The position numbers and the translations under genes were made by a program. From contig OZ242195.1 in NCBI GenBank assembly GCA_965205975.1, forward strand, positions 1,440,001 to 1,504,000: a stretch of 64,000 nt of DNA, given 5' to 3'. The notes under the pieces were generated by a model that had not been told where the DNA came from, did no database searches, and saw only the letters and a program-made list of their open reading frames with translations. The stretch is from Candidatus Latescibacterota bacterium (lineage in GTDB: Bacteria > Latescibacterota > UBA2968). Of the stretch, positions 57,213 through 64,000 are shown piece by piece. Numbering within the stretch: the stretch's first letter is position 1; every line of letters starts with the position of its first letter.

Positions 57213-57665
57213 TTACAACTTAAAATGCACAGTGGCTTTCTGAATTTTTTTGCGTTCAATAATGGTTCGTTCACCTTGTAACTCGACATCGAGATGATCA
57301 GCTTTGACCAGTAAGAGCGTTCCGACCACAACCCCCAGGCCATCTACAACAAGGCGAAGTGCTTTACCAACTACCCGCTCAAAATCTCGGTCTGTCTTTA
57401 AGGGCCGCGTCAAACCAGGAGATGAAACTTCGAGCAGATATGTGCCATCAATCGGATCGCGCGTATCCAACATATCTGCAATATCCCGACTGAGCGTAGC
57501 ACATTCGTCAACTGTAATTCCATCGGGACGATCGACAAAGATGCGTACGATTTGCCGTCTATGGTTGCCAGAAACCGCTAACTCAACTAAATCGACATTC
57601 CGACGCTTGAGAAGCGGAAGAATCAGCTGGGTCAGGGTGTCTTTGATAAGCATTGGATAACTCAA
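57213..57665 (-). CDS. rimP: Ribosome maturation factor RimP
   Basis: 'RIFVD..GITVDEC', 'YLLEVSSPGLTRPL'. Confidence 0.96.
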   Translation of the reverse strand: MSYPMLIKDTLTQLILPLLKRRNVDLVELAVSGNHRRQIVRIFVDRPDGITVDECATLSRDIADMLDTRDPIDGTYLLEVSSPGLTRPLKTDRDFERVVGKALRLVVDGLGVVVGTLLLVKADHLDVELQGERTIIERKKIQKATVHFKL

Positions 57666-57739
57666 GACTGCCGCTTTTTTGGAAACTGATGGCTATGCCT
57701 TACAGTAGGCCTAGCGGTTCTAACTACCCCCATATACTC

Positions 57740-57764
57740 AAAAGAGTGGGCAGAAGCCCACTCT
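57740..57764 (-). promoter_or_regulatory. rimP-leader hairpin
   Basis: AGAGTGGGC-TTCT-GCCCACTCT-TTT on the minus strand upstream of rimP, the GGGC..GCCC terminator-like leader known for this operon. Confidence 0.75.
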
Positions 57765-57810
57765 ATAATCAGAAACTAAATATAGAAAATTATATAGTAT
57801 AACGCAAGTT

Positions 57811-58188
57811 TTATTTCCCTGCATTCGATGTCTTATCCCCTTCCATCAGTTGCTTGAGCTCGACCAACATTCGCTGTAATTCAACCAGTGGATTTTCAAT
57901 ATTAGACGTCGCGCCTTCAATACTCTGGTTTTCCCATAAACTGCGGTCTATCTTCAGCCTTTCAACCGCCCCTTGAATCGTGTATTTCTGGCCGTAGAGC
58001 AAGTCCTTAATAGCCAAAACGACCTTGATATTTCGCTCTGTGTACGTGCGATTGCCCGATCGACCACGTCTGGGATTCAGTTGAGAAAATTCCTTCTCCC
58101 AAAACCGCAGGACATGAGATTCTACGCCAGTGAGTTCCGATACCTCGCGTATCGAATAATAGAGCTTTTTGATACCAGTCGAACGCAT
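57811..58188 (-). CDS. MerR-family HTH protein (ZapT-like subfamily)
   Basis: 'YYSIREVSELTGVESHVLRFWEKEF..P.R..GNRTY..IKDLLY..YTIQGA' plus a short C-terminal amphipathic helix. Confidence 0.85.
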   Translation of the reverse strand: MRSTGIKKLYYSIREVSELTGVESHVLRFWEKEFSQLNPRRGRSGNRTYTERNIKVVLAIKDLLYGQKYTIQGAVERLKIDRSLWENQSIEGATSNIENPLVELQRMLVELKQLMEGDKTSNAGK

Positions 58189-58193
58189 AAATA

Positions 58194-59498
58194 TCACTTC
58201 TTTTTGAATAAGATGCGGATGGGTGTGCCCAAAAAGTCAAACGCCTGTCTGAGTCTGCGCTCTAAAAACCGGCGGTAGTGTACGGGAACATCTTTGGGAC
58301 GCCCGGTAAAAAAGAGAATGGTTGGCGGTGCACTGCGCGGCATAACGCAGAAAGACATGCGAAAGACCCGTCCATTCTTGGTAGGCGGCGCCGTTGTTGA
58401 ATTGAGATGCGTCAAAAAGTCGTTCAAATCGCCCGTTGAAATGCGATGGCGACGTTTCAGTGCCACATCTAAAGCCAGATCAATAACGCGCCAGGCGCGT
58501 TGTCCTGTAAGCGCCGAGAGAAAAACAATGGGATAGTTTTCGAAGTGTACAAAGCGCGAGCGAATTTGTTGAGCTATTTTATCGGCTGTGTGGCCGTCTT
58601 TTTTGATCAGGTCCCATTTGTTAATGCCTAAGATCAGCCCTTTGCCCAGAGCAATAGCGCGTTCTGAAATTTTGACATCCTGTACTGTACATCCTTCCTC
58701 TGCATCAACCAACACAATCGCCACATCGGATCGCTCAAGGCTTTCTACAGTACGGAGCGAACTGTAAAAATCGACTTGCTCTTTGACGCGTGTCCGCCGC
58801 CTCAAACCCGCTGTGTCAACAAGAACAAATGGCCGTCCATTGCGTTCCATCGAGAGGTCAATCGCATCGCGAGTCGTTCCTGGAATCTCGCTCACCACCA
58901 CCCGATCCTGCCCCAGCAGACGATTCACAAAGGTAGATTTCCCCATGTTCGGACGGCCCAATACCGCGATTCGAGGGGGCAATTCTTCTTGTGAGTCGCC
59001 TTCTTCTGCTGGCAAACATGTGAGGATTTCATCTAGCAAGTCACCCGATTGCCGTCCATTGATAGCAGAAACGCACAGCGGATCGCCCAAGGCAAGACCG
59101 TAAAAAGCCGCGCCATCAGCTTCGTTCTCATCTTTATCGACTTTGTTGACAATCAGCCGGTAAGCCGCGCCCGAATCGCGGATCTTGCGCGCCATAATTG
59201 CGTCGTAATCCGTAGGGCCAGTCACTGCATCTACCACAAAGAGCAACAGGTCTGCTTCCCCCAAAGCGAGCTCGACCTGCCGGGAAACCAGATCGGCCAT
59301 TATTTCGTCTGAATTGGGCACATATCCGCCCGTATCGACCAGCGTAAACGCTCTGCCATTCCAGGTACACTGGGCATAATTGCGATCGCGCGTAACACCG
59401 GGAAAGTCATCTACCACAGCTTTGCGCTCGCCAATTAGCCGATTAAAGAGTGTTGACTTGCCGACATTTGGCCGTCCTACAATCGCCACGACGCCCAT
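58194..59498 (-). CDS. der: Ribosome biogenesis GTPase Der (EngA)
   Basis: Two G domains ('GRPNVGKS..GVTRD', 'GRPNMGKS..GTTRD') and a KH-like C-terminus. Confidence 0.97.
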   Translation of the reverse strand: MGVVAIVGRPNVGKSTLFNRLIGERKAVVDDFPGVTRDRNYAQCTWNGRAFTLVDTGGYVPNSDEIMADLVSRQVELALGEADLLLFVVDAVTGPTDYDAIMARKIRDSGAAYRLIVNKVDKDENEADGAAFYGLALGDPLCVSAINGRQSGDLLDEILTCLPAEEGDSQEELPPRIAVLGRPNMGKSTFVNRLLGQDRVVVSEIPGTTRDAIDLSMERNGRPFVLVDTAGLRRRTRVKEQVDFYSSLRTVESLERSDVAIVLVDAEEGCTVQDVKISERAIALGKGLILGINKWDLIKKDGHTADKIAQQIRSRFVHFENYPIVFLSALTGQRAWRVIDLALDVALKRRHRISTGDLNDFLTHLNSTTAPPTKNGRVFRMSFCVMPRSAPPTILFFTGRPKDVPVHYRRFLERRLRQAFDFLGTPIRILFKKK

Positions 59499-59501
59499 CG
59501 C

Positions 59502-60926
59502 CTAATTCTCCATCTGATGTGATGCAATATACGGGTGCGCCACAATCTCATTGCCTGCCCCCACAACAGCAGACACTCCCCAGACGGCATTTTGAATGGT
59601 CTCCACCAGATCGTAAGTACCCACAATGATCCGACAGCCCACCTCTTGCACCAGGTCTTCAAGCAAAAGGTCATCTAAAAATAACCCATTATGATTTAAG
59701 CAGTTGGGAGGTAAAAGAACAGTCTCATCGCTCCTGACAGAGGCCCCTGTCAGGGCGCGACCAATATCATTGCCCGATAGCAACCCAGAAACCGTTATAC
59801 CTTCGCCAAGAAAGCGATTGACCACAGGTACAACGCGGGCATTAATCCAGGAAATACGGTTCAAGCGTTTGACCATTACATCTAAAAAATGCGTACCCAA
59901 CATACCCGTTACAAGAACAAAACGCTGCGGTGGTAATGCTAAATTCTCGAGTTCCTCAATCCGATTTTCAAATCCATCGACAAAGCGGCGAACCATGCCA
60001 ATTCCATTTTCGACGAGTGGAAACCCATCGTATTCAGATTGTGGAGGCACAGATTGGTCCGTCAGTAAATACATTTCATCGCCCAAATACACAAAGCGCG
60101 TACCCAGGCGTTTTTTTAGCATACTCTGCCACGCTGTTACCTGGCGAATTGCCAGGGCTGCATCGGCTTGTGTCACGCGGTTCAAGCTGGGGAGATTCTT
60201 GCGAAATTTTGTCAAGCCCAGTGGCACAACCCCCACGGATTCAACGCGCGGATGACGCGCAGCAAGATCAAAAACCGTCTGTTTAAGTGCTTGACCATCG
60301 TTGATACCCGGGCACAAGACTACTTGCGCATGCATCTGAATTCCATGCAGGGCTAAGATATCAATCCTATCCAAAACAGGTGTTGCCCGTCTGCGACCAA
60401 GCAACTCGGCTCGCAATTTGGGATCTGTTGCGTGAACCGAGATGTACATTGGACTCAGTTTTTGGTCAATAATACGCTGAAATTCATCCTCAGATAGGTT
60501 AGTCAGCGTGACATAAGCCCCGTGCAGAAAAGACAATCGATAGTCGTCATCCTGGTAATATAGGGTTTTACGCAGACCTTTGGGCATCTGATGCAAAAAG
60601 CAAAAAACGCACTTATTATCGCATTTGAGAATGGGCATGTCTTCAAAATCCACGCCCAGATCGTCTTCAATATCTTTTTCAATCTCAAATAAAAATCGAT
60701 CCCCACCTCGCCGCACCAAAGCCGACACATCTTCTTCACCCATGTAAAAACGGTAATCAATGGGATCGCGCACGGGGTGTCCATTGATGGTTTCTAAGAC
60801 ATCGCCGCGCTGCAACCCAATTGCTTCTCCAATCCCATCGGGATGTACCAAACGGATTTGCAAACCGGTATCAACGCTTTCAACACTGCGCCGTCCCTCG
60901 ACCTGCGCTCCTTTTATAACATCCAT
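59502..60926 (-). CDS. PDZ/radical-SAM-like DUF512 protein
   Basis: N-terminal PDZ, 'CDNKCVFCF..QMP..R.TLY..DDDYRLSFL.G', 'ENGIGMVR'. Confidence 0.9.
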   Translation of the reverse strand: MDVIKGAQVEGRRSVESVDTGLQIRLVHPDGIGEAIGLQRGDVLETINGHPVRDPIDYRFYMGEEDVSALVRRGGDRFLFEIEKDIEDDLGVDFEDMPILKCDNKCVFCFLHQMPKGLRKTLYYQDDDYRLSFLHGAYVTLTNLSEDEFQRIIDQKLSPMYISVHATDPKLRAELLGRRRATPVLDRIDILALHGIQMHAQVVLCPGINDGQALKQTVFDLAARHPRVESVGVVPLGLTKFRKNLPSLNRVTQADAALAIRQVTAWQSMLKKRLGTRFVYLGDEMYLLTDQSVPPQSEYDGFPLVENGIGMVRRFVDGFENRIEELENLALPPQRFVLVTGMLGTHFLDVMVKRLNRISWINARVVPVVNRFLGEGITVSGLLSGNDIGRALTGASVRSDETVLLPPNCLNHNGLFLDDLLLEDLVQEVGCRIIVGTYDLVETIQNAVWGVSAVVGAGNEIVAHPYIASHQMEN

Positions 60927-61141
60927 TTCAATTCCAGTAATTGATTGTTAGACAATACAATATTTCAATAACTTATAAGTATCTATGAATCATTGAAAAC
61001 TTACGATAAAGCAAAATTAAGGTCAAGAGAAAAGCCGACTTCCAGCGATATAATATCTGACAAGTTCGGAATATCTCTTTATCTTGAATACCATCAAAAT
61101 ACAGAAAAAGATTCTCCAGTCAACATAGGAGGACACACCTT

Positions 61142-61834
61142 ATGCCCGCCCCCCCACGCATTTCAGTTATTATTCCGGTTTTTAACGAGCAGGATGCCAT
61201 AGAAAAAGTAATTGGTGACATTCCCAGTAATTTACCCACCGAAATCATCGTCGTCGATAATGGGTCAACCGACCAAACAGCAAAATTAGCCGCCGCAATG
61301 GGCGCACGTATTGTTCGAGAAAATCGCCGTGGATACGGTTCTGCCTGCCTCGCGGGCATAGCAGCAACCAATGACCCCGACATCGTCGTCTTTCTCGATG
61401 GCGACTACAGCGATCACCCCAACGAAATGCCAGACCTGATTGCGCCCATCCTGGAAAACCGAGCCGATCTCGTGATAGGCTCGCGAGTTCTGGGCAATAG
61501 TGAACCCGGTGCGCTGATGATTCAGGCGCGCTTTGGCAACCGTCTGGCCACCAGCCTCATCAAAATTCTCTTTGGCGTATCCTATACAGACCTGGGACCT
61601 TTTCGGGCGATTCGCTATCTGGCACTCTTGGACTTAAATATGCGGGATAAGACTTTTGGATGGACAGTAGAAATGCAGGTCAAGGCGGCAAAACAGGCGT
61701 TAAAAATACAAGAAGTGCCAGTAAGTTATAGAAAACGCATCGGCGTTTCCAAAATTACCGGCACTCTAAAAGGCACCCTCAAGGCAGGGTGGAAAATTTT
61801 ATTTACAATTTTTATGTATTGGTTGACGAAGTGA
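61142..61834 (+). CDS. Glycosyltransferase family 2
   Basis: 'VIIPVFNE', 'VDNGSTD', 'FLDGD', 'TDLGPFRAI', 'GWTVEMQ'. Confidence 0.92.
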   Translation: MPAPPRISVIIPVFNEQDAIEKVIGDIPSNLPTEIIVVDNGSTDQTAKLAAAMGARIVRENRRGYGSACLAGIAATNDPDIVVFLDGDYSDHPNEMPDLIAPILENRADLVIGSRVLGNSEPGALMIQARFGNRLATSLIKILFGVSYTDLGPFRAIRYLALLDLNMRDKTFGWTVEMQVKAAKQALKIQEVPVSYRKRIGVSKITGTLKGTLKAGWKILFTIFMYWLTK

Positions 61835-61863
61835 AACGTAAAAGCGTCATCATCTCCCGCTTC

Positions 61864-62160
61864 TCATTTTTTTGAGTCATCTATATGCTGCGCCAAACGC
61901 CTTAGCGCTTCGTCCATGCGAATGTGGGCGTCTCGACGCCGAGTCCGTTGGCGCGCAATTTGATCGGCAATATCAAACGCAGCCATCAGTGCAATACGGG
62001 TGGTATCACCCGTATTTTCAGTCTCGGCAATCTGGTGCATCTTTTGATTGACAAAATTTGAAATTTTAGAGGTGTATTCCTCCGACTCCTCACTGCTAAG
62101 TACATACTCAGAGCCAAAGATCGTCACCTTCGTCTTATGTAAATCATCAGAATGGGACAT
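61864..62160 (-). CDS. zapA: Cell division protein ZapA
   Basis: 'VTIFGSEYVL', 'FVNQKMHQI', 'IALMAAFDIAD' and coiled tail. Confidence 0.85.
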   Translation of the reverse strand: MSHSDDLHKTKVTIFGSEYVLSSEESEEYTSKISNFVNQKMHQIAETENTGDTTRIALMAAFDIADQIARQRTRRRDAHIRMDEALRRLAQHIDDSKK

Positions 62161-62224
62161 AATTAGTTGTCAGTTGTCGGTTGTCAGTCTCTACTCTACC
62201 ACCCAACCACCAGCCCCCAGCCTG

Positions 62225-62476
62225 TCACGGCTTTGCCACAAGGTCCATGCGAACCACGCCATCAGTAGCGGGCACTTCCAATTCCACGATCCACCCTTTG
62301 ACAACCTCACCTCTCACAACAATTTCTTTGGCTTCTTTAGAGAGGATCTTGGCATCTTCTGATACGCGCGCCAGCGCGTGACACTTGTCATCATCCACAC
62401 AGAAATAACGCTGAATTCGCGCTTCGGGCATTCCTCCAAGTCTGGGACATTCGGCTTCGAGTTTTTCTTCGCTCAT
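62225..62476 (-). CDS. Hypothetical protein (83 aa)
   Basis: ORF from ATG 62476 fills the gap between nadD and zapA. Confidence 0.5.
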   Translation of the reverse strand: MSEEKLEAECPRLGGMPEARIQRYFCVDDDKCHALARVSEDAKILSKEAKEIVVRGEVVKGWIVELEVPATDGVVRMDLVAKP

Positions 62477-62510
62477 AACAAAACCCGTCGAAAGTTGTGG
62501 GTCTCTATCC

Positions 62511-63092
62511 CTAAAGATATAACCCATGGGTTCTAATATAATCTGCGACAGCGTCGGGAACCAAAAAAGAAATCGGTTTTCTGTTGCGTACGCGTTCTCT
62601 AATCGCCGTTGACGATATATCCAGCAGAGGCGTTTCAATAAACTGCATCCTGGATTTGAAAGCGGGATCAACGCGCGCGCGCTCAAACCCCGGGCGTTCA
62701 GCCACGAGCACATGGGCTAAATTCAACACGCCTGTGGGGTCAAACCAGTCGCCCATTTCAACGGCATTATCGGCACCAATGATCAAAAATATCTTTGTGT
62801 CCTCATCCACATTCCTGCGCAAATGACGCAAGGTATCAATCGTATAAGATTTCCCGGAGCGCGACAACTCGAATCGACTCAGTTCAAACCCCGGATAATC
62901 GCGCACAGCCAGGCTGACCATCATCGCGCGGTCTTCGGCCGAAGTCATAGTGTGTTTGAGCGGAGGGTCGCCCGACGGCATAAACACAACCCGATCGAGC
63001 GCGCATTGGAGCATAATTTCCTGCCCGATAATTAAATGCCCGATGTGAATGGGGTCAAATGTCCCGCCGAAAATGCCAACGCGCTTTGTCAT
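62511..63092 (-). CDS. nadD: Nicotinate-nucleotide adenylyltransferase
   Basis: 'GGTFDPIHIGH', 'SYTIDTL', 'IGADN', 'ISSTAIR'. Confidence 0.96.
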   Translation of the reverse strand: MTKRVGIFGGTFDPIHIGHLIIGQEIMLQCALDRVVFMPSGDPPLKHTMTSAEDRAMMVSLAVRDYPGFELSRFELSRSGKSYTIDTLRHLRRNVDEDTKIFLIIGADNAVEMGDWFDPTGVLNLAHVLVAERPGFERARVDPAFKSRMQFIETPLLDISSTAIRERVRNRKPISFLVPDAVADYIRTHGLYL

Positions 63093-63103
63093 CCTAAGGT
63101 TTT

Positions 63104-63859
63104 TCAGTTGGACTGCGCTTTTTTTATTTCTTCCATCTCTTCAATGACTTTTTCCTTCAACTTCTCCGGTAAATCCTGCCCTATCAGCAATGTAAGCTCA
63201 TTGAGCGCCTCGTCGAGTGCACCAGTCTTCAAATTGACCTGTGCAATAATAAAGCGCGCCTCCAAAGCAGACTCTGTGTCGGGATATTCCTTCAATACGC
63301 CTTCCGCATAGACTTTGGCTGAAGTATAATATTTCCACAGAATATAATCATAAGCAATCATGACATCCTTCCGGGCCAGTTGATTGCGCAACGCTTTAAT
63401 TTTTTCCTCTGCTTGAGATACGAGATCGCTTTGTGGATAGTCTTCGATAAACCGCGCAAATTCTCGAATCGCCTTGTGCGTTTCATCCTGGTCGTGGTGA
63501 ATGTCGCGCGCATCCTGATAATAACACTCGCCAATCTGGAATCGCGCTTCGGCGGCATAAGGACTTACTGGATATTCGTTGAGCAGGCGTTCGTATTCAA
63601 AAATAGCAGTCACATAATCTTTTTGACACTGAAAAGCTTTGCCCAATCCAAACTGTGCCTCATCTGACAAATGAGATCCGGGAAAATCAGATAGCATATT
63701 TCTAAACAACAACTCTGCGTCGTAGCACTTCTTATTATCGAGTGCTTCTTGTGCGTCTTTATAATAAACCTCTGGGCTCAATCGCCTATATTTTTTTTGT
63801 GCACACCCCAAATACAACACCATCAGACACGCACAACAGATATATAAAAGTCGTCTCAT
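63104..63859 (-). CDS. bamD: Outer membrane protein assembly factor BamD
   Basis: Lipobox 'YLGC', TPRs, 'DQDETHKAI..F..FI..YP.S', 'LARKD..IA..Y'. Confidence 0.9.
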   Translation of the reverse strand: MRRLLYICCACLMVLYLGCAQKKYRRLSPEVYYKDAQEALDNKKCYDAELLFRNMLSDFPGSHLSDEAQFGLGKAFQCQKDYVTAIFEYERLLNEYPVSPYAAEARFQIGECYYQDARDIHHDQDETHKAIREFARFIEDYPQSDLVSQAEEKIKALRNQLARKDVMIAYDYILWKYYTSAKVYAEGVLKEYPDTESALEARFIIAQVNLKTGALDEALNELTLLIGQDLPEKLKEKVIEEMEEIKKAQSN

Positions 63860-64000
63860 AATCCGCCAATCTGCATAATTCAATGAACCGTTAACATATT
63901 GTCCTGTCTGATAAACGATGCAGATTATGTAATGTTCCCCAGTTTCAAAAATAAAAAGGGCGCGTTTTTCCCGCGCTTCGTTCCAAAATCTTCAAACGTA

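Noticed and set aside
61835..61863. 6S RNA or rny expected downstream of zapA
   Set aside because: Only 29 bp separate zapA from the convergent glycosyltransferase gene.

Overview
A 64 kb stretch of bacterial chromosome from a diderm, probably an FCB-group lineage such as Latescibacterota or Gemmatimonadota. That placement is inferred from the GWxTD, FlgD-Ig-tailed and DUF5683 proteins and from gene order. The window appears to span the replication terminus. Genes run mostly on + up to about 42.4 kb and mostly on - after about 44.6 kb. A 28-bp dif-like site (ATACGGTATAA-TAAGCA-TTATGTAAACT, 42493-42520) lies at the switch, next to an uncharacterised HTH/coiled-coil gene and an extremely AT-rich patch. 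Housekeeping genes include ruvX-mltG-pcrA, gatC, pyrG-lptC-lptA-lptB-rpoN, fdhD, gcvT, leuS, asnS, the rimP-nusA-infB-rbfA-truB-ribF-rpsO-pnp operon, der, zapA, nadD and bamD. The most unusual locus is a six-gene operon at 27.1-41.2 kb that mixes ABC and RND transport parts. It includes an RND permease fused to an intact ABC ATPase whose NBD is interrupted by a ~175-aa membrane insert, and an ABC permease fused to an M1-peptidase-like domain lacking HEXXH. Other points of interest are a CHAD-ParA pair, a multi-lamin-tail-domain protein behind a sigma-54/IHF-type promoter, a toxin-antitoxin graveyard, and a ZapT-like MerR protein near zapA. No rRNA, intact tRNA, CRISPR array, transposase or integrase was seen. 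All calls come from reading motifs by eye; no database searches were run.
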